DNA from: an uncultured Pseudomonadota bacterium
GTDB lineage: Bacteria > SAR324 > NAC60-12
Reading direction: 5' to 3'
DNA: 14,007 nucleotides
Assembly: GCA_913020725.1 (NCBI GenBank)
Contig: CAJWCD010000098.1
Location: 1 to 14,007 of the forward strand
Position numbers and translations under genes: made by a program. Below the pieces are notes generated by a model. That model saw nothing but the letters and a program-made list of their open reading frames with translations, did no database searches and was not told the DNA's origin. Positions 1 to 8,675 of the stretch are shown piece by piece (position 1 is the first letter of the stretch; each line of letters opens with the position of its first letter).

Positions 1-920
1 TTGGGCTGGGCGATGTAGTCCTTGATGCGGTCCTTATGTGGAGGCCACTGCTCATGAATGTAGCCCAAGGCGGCATAACATTCGTCCACGTTGCTCAGGA
101 GTAGTCGAAAACCAATCAGGTCTTGAATGCGTTCGAAGTCGTGATTGACCTTGCGCAGTTTCTCGTGGATGGAATAAAAACGCTTGTAGCGGCCCTGGAT
201 TTCGGGGGTGAGCCCGCAGGGTTCAAGCAAGTTTTGCAGAGACTTCGTCAATTCCTCAACTTTGCGGGCGCGCTCGTCCCGCTTACTCGCCACAAGTTTT
301 TTGAGCTCCTGATAGGTGTTCGGAGCGAGCAGACGGAAAGCTAAATCTTCCAACTCGGCCTTGATCCAGAAAATTCCAAGGCGAGCCGCCAGCGGCGCAA
401 AGACATGGAGGCTCGTCCAAGCAACATCCTCGGAATCGTCTTTGCGAGCGCAGGAGTGTTGCTCCAGTCTCTCCAACTGAATCGCCAAAAGCCCTGCCAG
501 CAGTTGCTGTTCGTTGACTAAGGCCATGATCATGCGCATCATGAGTTGCGCTTGCTGCTCGTTACGAGGGAGATCCGGCAGGTTTAAGTGTTGTAGCCGT
601 TGCAACAACCCCATAGCCGTAGCGCACGAGGGATCGTCACTCGGCAACTGTAGGGCATCTGGAAAACCAAAAGCCAAGCTGGCCAGCAGTGGATCCGACT
701 CAAGGTTGAGTTGGATGAGCTTGTTGAGGAGCAAAACAAAACGCCCGGGGCTTTCCAGCAATTCAAGGTTCAGTAAGTCGGGCAAACGCTCCCGGAGCTG
801 AGGGAGTGACTCCAGTGCCAGAGTCAACCCATCAGGAGGTTCCTGCGAGCGCATCGGTTCCCACAGAGTAAGGGGAGACGGCGGCGTAGGAGCAAGAGAC
901 TCGGTGCGCTGCAAGGTCAT
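1..920 (-). CDS. RelA/SpoT homologue ((p)ppGpp synthetase family), 3'-truncated by the window edge; N-terminal hydrolase domain appears degenerate
   Basis: Manual translation (absent from the ORF track because the stop is outside the window) gives 306 open codons from ATG 920-918. RSH motifs: HVFAPLAARLGIFWIKAELEDLAF, GRYKRFYSIHEKL, IQDLIGFR, CYAALGYIH, DRIKDYIAQP. The start overlaps the Nudix TGA (ATGA, 920-917). Confidence 0.93.
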   Translation of the reverse strand, partial: MTLQRTESLAPTPPSPLTLWEPMRSQEPPDGLTLALESLPQLRERLPDLLNLELLESPGRFVLLLNKLIQLNLESDPLLASLAFGFPDALQLPSDDPSCATAMGLLQRLQHLNLPDLPRNEQQAQLMMRMIMALVNEQQLLAGLLAIQLERLEQHSCARKDDSEDVAWTSLHVFAPLAARLGIFWIKAELEDLAFRLLAPNTYQELKKLVASKRDERARKVEELTKSLQNLLEPCGLTPEIQGRYKRFYSIHEKLRKVNHDFERIQDLIGFRLLLSNVDECYAALGYIHEQWPPHKDRIKDYIAQP

Positions 921-1528
921 GCCGGACTGCTCCCAAGTGCGTGGAAGTAGGTATAGAGCTTGAGATCCAGCCCCATGCCCTCCGCCGCTTTTGTAGCCAA
1001 GAATCCGGAAGCCGCTTCCGGAGCCACCAAGTACACCTCGATGTCCTCGGTCGGTTCACGGTCATGCTGGGGATTTTGGTTTGCTGGAGTGCCCTCCGCG
1101 ACTGACATCCAGACATAGGCGCAAGCTTCCGAGATCAATCCCGGAGACGAGTAGAGCGCAGGGCTGACCCGTTCGACAGACCCCACATACCCAGTCTCCT
1201 CCCGAAGCTCCCGGATGGCGGTTTGCTCGTAGGTTTCTCCTGCATCAACAAGCCCGGCGGGAAACTCGAAGATGTAGCGCCCCGTGGGAGGACGGAACTG
1301 TCGGATGAGAACATAGCGTCCCGAAGGCTGCAACTGCGCAATGATGATCACCGCCTCCGAGCGTTGGCTGCGGTGGACGCACTCCCAACGCTGGGTCTTT
1401 CCGGAGGCATCCGCGTACTCCACCTCGACAAGCTCCGACCAGCGGCCTTGGTGCAGCGGGCGCTCCCGCAAGACTTTCGCCGATGGGTTTTTTGGATGGT
1501 TTGAACGGAAATCAGGAGATGGTGGCAT
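917..1528 (-). CDS. Nudix hydrolase, ADP-ribose pyrophosphatase-like (NudF/NUDT5 type)
   Basis: Perfect Nudix box G-LVDAG-E-TYEQTAI-RELREETGY, preceded by QFRPP...EFPAG and followed by YSSPG. ATG at 1528 chosen as start (203 aa); the track's extension to 1633 runs into the divergent promoter region. Confidence 0.92.
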   Translation of the reverse strand: MPPSPDFRSNHPKNPSAKVLRERPLHQGRWSELVEVEYADASGKTQRWECVHRSQRSEAVIIIAQLQPSGRYVLIRQFRPPTGRYIFEFPAGLVDAGETYEQTAIRELREETGYVGSVERVSPALYSSPGLISEACAYVWMSVAEGTPANQNPQHDREPTEDIEVYLVAPEAASGFLATKAAEGMGLDLKLYTYFHALGSSPA

Positions 1529-1625
1529 GTCAAAAAACTTGGAAGTCCCCCTCCAATGTAAGGAGACACTGTGGGAACCACAAGCGGTTTTGAGACGAGA
1601 AAAAGGCGCGACACCGAGTCTAGGC

Positions 1626-1653
1626 TTGATCAAATCACCTCACACGCTATCAT
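1626..1653 (+). promoter_or_regulatory. Candidate sigma-70 promoter for the ligase / oxidoreductase / moaB unit
   Basis: TTGATC (1626-1631) - 16 nt - TATCAT (1648-1653), overlapping CATAAT, about 35 nt upstream of GTG 1688 in the divergent intergenic gap. Confidence 0.4.
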
Positions 1654-1687
1654 AATCTTTGCAAGATCAGCCCCGTAACACCCGCCT

Positions 1688-3064
1688 GTGATTTCCTTGA
1701 ACGCCCTCAAACGCTCAGAGAACTGGAGCCGCTGCTTTCTCTACACCCTCGTCATCGGCAGCACCTTCAGCATTGCCGCCACTGAGGCTTCAATCATCAT
1801 GCTCTACCTCATTGGCTTGGGACGCTTGATCTGGCGCAAGCAATTGCCAGCCCTCCGGGATGGGATGCTGCAAGTCATCTTGGCGTACATGGCGATTGCG
1901 GTGTTGGCGAGTTGGCTGGCTGGCTACGGTGCGGATTTGCTGATGGCGTTGCGCATCCACTGGCGGCTCCTGCTTCCGTTCGTGCTGGCCGGAGTCTTGG
2001 CCGATGCCAATGAAGAACGGGTGCTACAAGTGTTCGCGGTGTTTCTTCTGATCATTGCCGTGTACGGAATCGTGCAGTTTTTCAATGGAACCGAGTGGTT
2101 GCGACTGAACGACGGCAATAAAGTTGCCGGTTACTATCAACAAGAGGGAGTGGTACGTTATCACGCCGAAGGCAATTACACGCACCACCTCACTTTTGGA
2201 GGAGTGCTGCTGCCGTGCTTTGCGCTGTTCACGGCCTTGGCTCTTTGTCGGGAATGGAGTTTTGGAGTGCGGATTTTGATCGCAGGGCTGGCTCTGCTCT
2301 TGTTGGGCGCACTTGTCGCAAGCCTTGGGCGTAGCACTTGGCTTGGAGCAGGGATGGTCTTGTTTGTGCTGGGACTTTGGCGATTGCCAAAGACCACCCT
2401 GCTTATTGGGTTGCTGACCGCAGGACTGCTGGCCCTGCTCATCACCAAGTCGATTTCCGGAACAGGGGTCGAGCTTGTCGATCAACAAGCCGTTGGGGTT
2501 GCGACCACCGAAGTGCAAGGCTTCTGGGAAGCAACCCTCCGATCATCCGCAACCGCACAGCAGGCGATCCTCCGGCGGGTCGAGAGTATATTTTCCCTTG
2601 GGGCAAACCGGGACCGTCTGCTGATGTGGGAGTCCGGAGTGGCGGCGCTCAAGGATCATCCGTGGTGGGGAATCGGTTATGACATGGACAAGACGGTGAT
2701 GCCCGCCTACCGTGAACCCTTCGAGCAAGCGGGTCACAACTTTATGAACGGCCCCAGTGCCGGGGTTCATAACATCTACCTGCAAACCTGGCTCAACTAC
2801 GGGCTTTTCGGCTTGCTCGCCTACCTCAGCATTTGGGTGGTGTTCTTCCTGAAAAGCCTGCGGGCCAGTCGCCGCGCCCGCCGCTTCGGATACGAGAGTG
2901 CGGTGCTGTGGGGTGTGATGGCCGGAGCAGCGGGGTTGATGGTGGCGGGTGTTTTTGAAAACAATTTCCGTGATGGCGAGGTGCAGACTTGCCTGTTGAT
3001 GCTGATGGGCTTGTCTCTGCGACAGATGCACAAGTCCAAAAAACGTATTTTCCGCATGACTTGA
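1688..3064 (+). CDS. O-antigen ligase family (WaaL/Wzy_C) inner-membrane protein
   Basis: 458 aa with many hydrophobic segments, SLGRSTWLG motif, periplasmic loop R..MW.......DHPWWGIG and conserved His in HNIYLQ...YGLFG. Confidence 0.85.
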   Translation: MISLNALKRSENWSRCFLYTLVIGSTFSIAATEASIIMLYLIGLGRLIWRKQLPALRDGMLQVILAYMAIAVLASWLAGYGADLLMALRIHWRLLLPFVLAGVLADANEERVLQVFAVFLLIIAVYGIVQFFNGTEWLRLNDGNKVAGYYQQEGVVRYHAEGNYTHHLTFGGVLLPCFALFTALALCREWSFGVRILIAGLALLLLGALVASLGRSTWLGAGMVLFVLGLWRLPKTTLLIGLLTAGLLALLITKSISGTGVELVDQQAVGVATTEVQGFWEATLRSSATAQQAILRRVESIFSLGANRDRLLMWESGVAALKDHPWWGIGYDMDKTVMPAYREPFEQAGHNFMNGPSAGVHNIYLQTWLNYGLFGLLAYLSIWVVFFLKSLRASRRARRFGYESAVLWGVMAGAAGLMVAGVFENNFRDGEVQTCLLMLMGLSLRQMHKSKKRIFRMT

Positions 3065-3072
3065 GAGTGAAC

Positions 3073-4083
3073 ATGACCGAACTTCCTTCACAAATGACAG
3101 CGATTGAGATCACCACTCCCGGAGGTCCGGAGGTGTTGATCCCGTGCCAACGACCACTGCCAGTACCTCAGCCCGGCGAGGTCTTGATCCAAGTCGCCGC
3201 TGCCGGGGTGAACCGCCCGGACGTGGCGCAACGCCAAGGCGTTTATCCCCCGCCTCCAGGAGCGAGCGACTTGCCCGGATTGGAGATTTCCGGGACCGTG
3301 GTCCAAACACATGGGGATGTGGATTCCAGTTGGCTGGGCAAGCAGGTGTGCGCCTTGGTGGCCGGAGGCGGGTACGCCGAATACTGCTCGGCTCCTGTCG
3401 AACTGTGCCTGCCGATTCCAGCGGAAATGACGATGGCCGCCGCCGCTGGGATTCCGGAGACGTTTTTCACGGTCTGGACGAACGTGTTTGAGCGCGGGCG
3501 GTTGCAAGCAGGAGAAACACTGCTGGTGCATGGCGGTTCCAGCGGAATCGGCACCACCGCGATCCAGTTGGGCAAGGCGTTCGGCGCAACGGTCTATGCA
3601 ACAGCGGGCAGCGATGAAAAATGCGCAACGTGCCTGGAGTTGGGCGCCGCTGCGGCCATCAACTACCGCAGCGAGAATTTCGCGGAGTCCGTGCAGGCCC
3701 TCACGGAAGGACGCGGGGTTGATGTAATCCTCGACATGGTAGGCGGCGACTATATCGTCCGCAATCTCCGGAGCCTTGCCGTGGAGGGACGGCTGGTGCA
3801 GATCGCGTTTTTACAAGGGAGCAAGGCCGAGCTTGATTTCCAGAGAGTGATGAGGAACCGTCTCACCATCACAGGTTCCACGTTGCGGCCCCGCACAGTC
3901 GCACAGAAAGCCGAAATCGCCCATGCCCTTCAGGAAAAGGTTTGGCTGCTGCTGGAGTCCGGAAAAGTCCGTCCCATCATCCACAAAACTTTTCCGCTGC
4001 ATGAAGCAGCAGAGGCGCACCGGATGATGGAGGCGAGTACGCACATCGGCAAACTCATCCTCACCACCGGAGCCGAAGCGTGA
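3073..4083 (+). CDS. NAD(P)H-quinone oxidoreductase, PIG3 family (MDR / zeta-crystallin superfamily)
   Basis: GGPEVL, AAGVNRPD, YPPPPGAS..PGLE, nucleotide-binding HGGSSGIG, GSTLRPR, HIGKL. ATG 3073 lies 8 nt after the upstream stop (336 aa). Confidence 0.93.
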   Translation: MTELPSQMTAIEITTPGGPEVLIPCQRPLPVPQPGEVLIQVAAAGVNRPDVAQRQGVYPPPPGASDLPGLEISGTVVQTHGDVDSSWLGKQVCALVAGGGYAEYCSAPVELCLPIPAEMTMAAAAGIPETFFTVWTNVFERGRLQAGETLLVHGGSSGIGTTAIQLGKAFGATVYATAGSDEKCATCLELGAAAAINYRSENFAESVQALTEGRGVDVILDMVGGDYIVRNLRSLAVEGRLVQIAFLQGSKAELDFQRVMRNRLTITGSTLRPRTVAQKAEIAHALQEKVWLLLESGKVRPIIHKTFPLHEAAEAHRMMEASTHIGKLILTTGAEA

Positions 4084-4598
4084 GTGAGGGGGAATCCCGG
4101 TCCCTGCGAATTGCGGTCCTCACGGTTTCCGACACACGCACCGAGGCAACCGACACGTCCGGGAAACTGCTCGTGGAACGTTTGTCCGATGCGGGGCATA
4201 AACTTGAGGAAAAGGCGATTGTGCCTGATCACTGCTACCGTATTCGGGAGATCGTCTCACGCTGGATCGCGGATGAGTCGGTCGGTATCGTGATCACCAC
4301 AGGTGGAACTGGATTGACTGGGCGCGACGGCACTCCGGAAGCAGTGCGTCCTTTGTTCGACAAGGAAATCGCGGGTTTCGGAGAATTGTTCCGTTGGCTT
4401 TCCTACGAGGACATCGGCACCTCCACGGTCCAATCTCGTGCGGTTGCAGGCGTGGCGAACGGCACCTACCTTTTTTGCCTGCCCGGTTCTTCCGGAGCGT
4501 GCCGACTGGCGTGGGATGCGATCCTCAAGGATCAACTGGACGAGCGACACCGCCCCTGCAATTTCGCGGAGTTGATTCCACGCTTGCGGGAAGTGTGA
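4080..4598 (+). CDS. moaB: Molybdenum cofactor biosynthesis protein B (MoaB/MogA family)
   Basis: VLTVSDTR, TTGGTGLTGRDGTPEA, GFGELFR, QSRA.AG, LPGS and C-terminal PCNF typical of MoaB; GTGA overlap with the upstream gene. Confidence 0.93.
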   Translation: MSEGESRSLRIAVLTVSDTRTEATDTSGKLLVERLSDAGHKLEEKAIVPDHCYRIREIVSRWIADESVGIVITTGGTGLTGRDGTPEAVRPLFDKEIAGFGELFRWLSYEDIGTSTVQSRAVAGVANGTYLFCLPGSSGACRLAWDAILKDQLDERHRPCNFAELIPRLREV

Positions 4599-4612
4599 GG
4601 CGTCAACGAACT

Positions 4613-5020
4613 TCAGCCCCTCAGCACCATCTGGGTGCAGCGGAAATAGGCAATGGGTTTTTCGGTTTGGGCGTTGAAAACGGTCGCATCCCAGACTTGT
4701 GTAGAGCGTCCGGCGTGTTGGGCGGTCGCGGTGCAGGTGATGGCGCCCTCGCGGACGGTACCAACAAAATTTGTTTTCAACTCGATCGTCGTAAAATTGG
4801 CCCCATCGGGAAGAAACATCCGGCAGCCGTACCCGCAGGTGGTGTCCGACAGCGCGATAACGGTTGCTGCGTGCAGAAAACCGTTTGGTGCGAGGAGTTC
4901 CGGACGAATTGTTAATCGGCTCTCCAATCCGTCTTCGCGGATGGCGGTGAACTCAATCCCTAGCAGCCCCGGCAGGGTTCCGGGGTTGAGGGCGTTGAAG
5001 TCTTCCAGCGTCAGTTTCAT
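4613..5020 (-). CDS. PaaI-family hotdog-fold acyl-CoA thioesterase
   Basis: 135 aa; NGFLHAATVIALSDT, TIELKTNF, HAGRSTQVWDA. Confidence 0.88.
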   Translation of the reverse strand: MKLTLEDFNALNPGTLPGLLGIEFTAIREDGLESRLTIRPELLAPNGFLHAATVIALSDTTCGYGCRMFLPDGANFTTIELKTNFVGTVREGAITCTATAQHAGRSTQVWDATVFNAQTEKPIAYFRCTQMVLRG

Positions 5021-5096
5021 TTCCCTCGTTCAGTTTGTAGGGTTCGAACATCGGTTCAACTCCAGCATTTCATAACCGCAAACAATCCGAAAGCCC

Positions 5097-6008
5097 ATGT
5101 CCGACACCGTCTGTTTTTTCCGAGAAACCTTGCCACTGCACCGCACCGCCAGCGGAGCCGCCTACGAACTTGACGTCTGGACCTACGCCCATCCGCAGGC
5201 GACCCAGCGGGTGTACTTGCAAGGCGGACTGCACGGCATCGAACTGACCGGCATTCCGGTGTTGCATGAGTTCATGCGAGAAATCGAGGAGCGACAGCTT
5301 CCTCTGCACTGCATCTGTGCCCCGCAGAGCAACCCGATGGGACTCGACAGCCAGATCATGGGGCAGCAGGTCGGCTACAACAACCTCCACACCAACCAAC
5401 AGAATTGCTGGAACTGGAACCGCATCGGGCAACTCCGGGACGAACCCAGTCAAGAGGGACGGTGGATTCGCACACTGCTGGACCTCTCCGCAGCGGCGGA
5501 CGTGGTGCTGGACCTGCACACTGCCGGAGGAGAAAACACACCGCATGTTTATGCGCATCTTTCGCAAATTGAACAGGCTCAAGGCTTGGGGGTGCCGCAT
5601 GTATTGGCGTGGGAAGCGCACTCGACGAGCTTCAGCGACACCTGCCAAGCCCGAGGGCAAGTCGCGCTCACCTTCGAGCTTTCTGCAAGCCGCAGTGTCA
5701 CACAAGCCGACATCGACCGGGGGCTGAACGCGCTGCGGCGTTTTTTCGGAATCCTCCCGAAAACCGAGGATTCTCGGATTTGGCAGATCCGCACCCAGCT
5801 CAAAAAATGGTACGCCCCTGAGCCTGGAATCCTCTGTTGGCGCGTTGCTGCCGGAACTGAAGTGCGGGCAGGCGAACCCATCGCCACGCTCTACACCCGC
5901 AATGGTCCGGAACCACTGAAATCCCCCTATTCCGGAGTGCTGCTCCTCAAGAATCCCACCCACGCCCCACACGAGCATCAGGAACTCGCCAAGTTTCTCG
6001 TTGTCTAG
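5097..6008 (+). CDS. Succinylglutamate desuccinylase/aspartoacylase-family (M14-like) zinc deacylase
   Basis: Zn-ligand motifs LHGIE and DLH, NWNR (NLNR-like), LTFE putative catalytic Glu, and a C-terminal barrel-sandwich-like segment (APEPG...V.AG..V.AGEPI). Confidence 0.82.
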   Translation: MSDTVCFFRETLPLHRTASGAAYELDVWTYAHPQATQRVYLQGGLHGIELTGIPVLHEFMREIEERQLPLHCICAPQSNPMGLDSQIMGQQVGYNNLHTNQQNCWNWNRIGQLRDEPSQEGRWIRTLLDLSAAADVVLDLHTAGGENTPHVYAHLSQIEQAQGLGVPHVLAWEAHSTSFSDTCQARGQVALTFELSASRSVTQADIDRGLNALRRFFGILPKTEDSRIWQIRTQLKKWYAPEPGILCWRVAAGTEVRAGEPIATLYTRNGPEPLKSPYSGVLLLKNPTHAPHEHQELAKFLVV

Positions 6009-6025
6009 CTTTCCGCTACAATGCT

Positions 6026-7444
6026 GTGACTCATCCAACTTCCGGAAGCATCTCTCTGCATTTTGATCGCGGCACCCTGCTGTTGCGTTGGTCGGAGGGC
6101 GAGTGCCCGGAATCCGTGCGGACGCACCTCAAAGGTGTGGAATGGGATGACCGTGTCCGGAACTACCGTGCCCCCGCATGGCGTTACCGCGATCTCGTTT
6201 TGGCACTGCACACTCGCAGGATTCCATTTGAGGACAACGCCCGCCAGTTTGTGCCAACCGAATTTTCACTGCAAAAAAGGATCACACCCCGGGATTTCCA
6301 GCAGGAGGCGTTGGAGGCGTGGCTTCCGGACAAACGCGGGGTTGTCTCCCTACCCACCGGCGCAGGCAAGACGATTCTTGCGTTGCTGCTGATCACCAAA
6401 ACCCACCGTCCGACGCTTATCCATGTTCCCACGCTTGACCTCATGCGGCAGTGGCAGGAGGTGTTGGAGGAACATTTGGGAATTGCGGTCGGACTGATCG
6501 GAGGTGGGCAGCACGAGGTGCGAGACATCACGGTGACAACCTACGATTCTGCGCTGATCCATGTCTCGCAGCTAGGAAACCGTTTTGGAATGCTCGTCTT
6601 TGACGAATGCCACCACCTGCCCGGCGAGCAGTACCAGTTTGCTGCGCTAGGATCGCTGGCACCGTTTCGCCTCGGACTCACCGCCACTCCAGAACGGGCC
6701 GACGGACGTGAGTCGGTGCTGTGGGAACTGATCGGGCCGCTCTGCTACGAAGCGCACATTGACGAGTTGCAGGGCGACACCCTCGCCCCCTATCGCGTGG
6801 AGACGATTCCGGTGAAGCTGAGCGCGGAAGAGCAAGCCGAATACCAGCAATTCCGGGAGCGCTACACTGGGTTTCTGCGCCGCGAGCGCATTTTTCTCGG
6901 CAAATCGAACGGTTGGCAGATTTTCCTTTGGAAGTGCAACCAGAGCGCAGAAGGCCGTGAAGCGTTTCAGGCGTACTTGGCGCAAAAGCGGCTCGCGCAA
7001 GCCGCTTCAGAAAAAACGGACTGGGTGTGGCGGCTGTTGCGCCGTCATGCGGGCGACCGCATCATCATCTTCACACAAGACAATGACATGGCCTATCGTC
7101 TGGGGCGCTGCTTCTTCCTCCCCGTCCTTACACACCAAACGAAGTTGCCGGAGCGTAAAGCCCTGCTCGATGCCTTCCGCAACGGGATCTATCCGGTGCT
7201 TGTCACCTCGAAAGTCCTCAACGAGGGCGTGGACGTTCCGGAGGCGAACGTGGGCCTGATCGTTTCCGGCAGCGGCAGTGTCCGCGAACATGTGCAACGA
7301 CTGGGTCGCTTGCTACGCGGGCGTCCGGGCAAGCAGGCCGTTCTCTACGAACTGGTGTCGCAGAACACCGGGGAGCAATCCATCAACAAGCGTCGTCGCC
7401 AACACCGTGCTTACGAAAGATCTGCTCCGCTACCGGGTGCATAA
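6026..7444 (+). CDS. XPB/Rad25-like superfamily 2 DNA helicase (archaeal XPB type)
   Basis: Motif I LPTGAGKT, Ia VPT, II DECHH, III LTATP followed by ERADG (RED-motif position), V LNEGVDVP, VI QRLGRLLR. The N-terminus DRGTL...WDDR...YRAPAWRYRD resembles the archaeal XPB damage-recognition domain. Confidence 0.92.
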   Translation: MTHPTSGSISLHFDRGTLLLRWSEGECPESVRTHLKGVEWDDRVRNYRAPAWRYRDLVLALHTRRIPFEDNARQFVPTEFSLQKRITPRDFQQEALEAWLPDKRGVVSLPTGAGKTILALLLITKTHRPTLIHVPTLDLMRQWQEVLEEHLGIAVGLIGGGQHEVRDITVTTYDSALIHVSQLGNRFGMLVFDECHHLPGEQYQFAALGSLAPFRLGLTATPERADGRESVLWELIGPLCYEAHIDELQGDTLAPYRVETIPVKLSAEEQAEYQQFRERYTGFLRRERIFLGKSNGWQIFLWKCNQSAEGREAFQAYLAQKRLAQAASEKTDWVWRLLRRHAGDRIIIFTQDNDMAYRLGRCFFLPVLTHQTKLPERKALLDAFRNGIYPVLVTSKVLNEGVDVPEANVGLIVSGSGSVREHVQRLGRLLRGRPGKQAVLYELVSQNTGEQSINKRRRQHRAYERSAPLPGA

Positions 7445-8660
7445 ACAGGGCGTTCACCCACAACTGCTCGAACCGGACAGTCCGGAATTGCTGGCGTTCG
7501 CGGAATCCCTGCTCGCGCTTTTCGCCGAGACCAACGGGCAAACTCGCACCTCGCTTCAAGAACGGGTGAACCACGCGATTGCGGAGTTTCCGGACAATGT
7601 TACCATCGCTCGTGGACTGGAGAAGCTGCTGCTCGACCGCACCAAGTTTGACGAGGACGCTTCCGGAGAGCTCCCGGCTCTTCGGGAAAAGGTTTTCGCA
7701 GCCAGCGGGGCGCAGCTGGCCAGCGGACTTCCGGAGCACCCGGAAGAGTATCGGCGAGAAATCGCCGTAGCTTTGGGATTAACGCCGGAAGCCCTCGAAG
7801 CGCAGCTTTATCAAGACCTGTCCGCGCATCATCCCGTCCTTGCCTTCAAACCCCTCAGTCCGGAAGGGCTGCTGCACCGCTACAACTGCGCTCAGGTGCA
7901 GGGATTGCTGATCCGCTGTGCCAAGCTCGACCTCGAATTCCCGGAATCGGAGCCTGCACGGTTGCGTCAACTCCTCAAGTCGCTGCGCTTCCACCAACTG
8001 CTTGCGCGGATTTCCCGGACTCCAGACGGGGCGACACTGGTGCAGGTTGATGGCCCACTCAGCCTGTTCGTGCAAACGCAGAAGTACGGATTCAACCTCG
8101 CGAATTTTTTCCCGGCCCTGCTACACCAACCGGGCTGGATCCTGCGGGCGGAGGTGCAGGTTCGCAAGTCCGAAACACACCAACTGAAACTGGACAGCTC
8201 CTGCGGCATCCGCTCGCACTACCGCCCCTTCCTTGCCTACGTCCCGGAAGCCCTGCAACTGCTCCAGCAGAACGTGGCTGCAAAACTGCCGGAGTGGACG
8301 CTGGAAGCGGCGACCGATTTTCTTGCACTCGAAGGCGAGCAGTATTGCTTCCCGGATTTCCTGCTCAAGCACCAAAGTGGGGCACAGGTGCCGCTGGAAC
8401 TCTTCCACGGCTGGCACACTGGGCCGCTCAGAGCTAGGCTCGCACAACTAGCAAATTGCCCGGAGCCGCCGCTATTGCTCGGCATCGCACGGACCCTACT
8501 CAAGGATGTGGAACTCAATGGGCTGCTGGAAGCCTCCGACTACTTCCAGTCCTACGGCTTCCTCTTCCGGGACACGCCGTCTGTGGAGCGGCTCCGTCCT
8601 GTGCTGGAACGCTGGCTCGGCCTCGAAGATTCCGAAGGACTTCCGCTCTTCCGGCTTTGA
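7407..8660 (+). CDS. DUF790 family protein / Bax1-like endonuclease (PD-(D/E)xK-like)
   Basis: Likely GTG start at 7407 gives MLTKDLLRYR (417 aa). Family motifs LY.DL, LL.RYN.AQ.QGLL, DGPLSLF....KYG..LA.F.P and FPDF...LE. Overlaps the helicase 3' end by 38 nt. Confidence 0.85.
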   Translation: MLTKDLLRYRVHKQGVHPQLLEPDSPELLAFAESLLALFAETNGQTRTSLQERVNHAIAEFPDNVTIARGLEKLLLDRTKFDEDASGELPALREKVFAASGAQLASGLPEHPEEYRREIAVALGLTPEALEAQLYQDLSAHHPVLAFKPLSPEGLLHRYNCAQVQGLLIRCAKLDLEFPESEPARLRQLLKSLRFHQLLARISRTPDGATLVQVDGPLSLFVQTQKYGFNLANFFPALLHQPGWILRAEVQVRKSETHQLKLDSSCGIRSHYRPFLAYVPEALQLLQQNVAAKLPEWTLEAATDFLALEGEQYCFPDFLLKHQSGAQVPLELFHGWHTGPLRARLAQLANCPEPPLLLGIARTLLKDVELNGLLEASDYFQSYGFLFRDTPSVERLRPVLERWLGLEDSEGLPLFRL

Positions 8661-8675
8661 TTTTTCAAAAAACAC

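Noticed and set aside
123..801. Small ORFs 123-344, 514-801 and 584-766
   Set aside because: They lie within the RelA/SpoT gene, antisense or out of frame.
1626..1638. FNR/CRP-like site TTGAT-CAA-ATCAC
   Set aside because: Spacer is 3 nt rather than 4 and the second half-site is imperfect.
6017..6028. TACAAT -10 box suggesting a leaderless helicase mRNA
   Set aside because: Only 3 nt from GTG 6026, too close for a normal start site, and no convincing -35 assigned.
5070..6038. 322-aa ORF on the - strand
   Set aside because: Antisense shadow of the motif-bearing deacylase gene; no recognisable domain.
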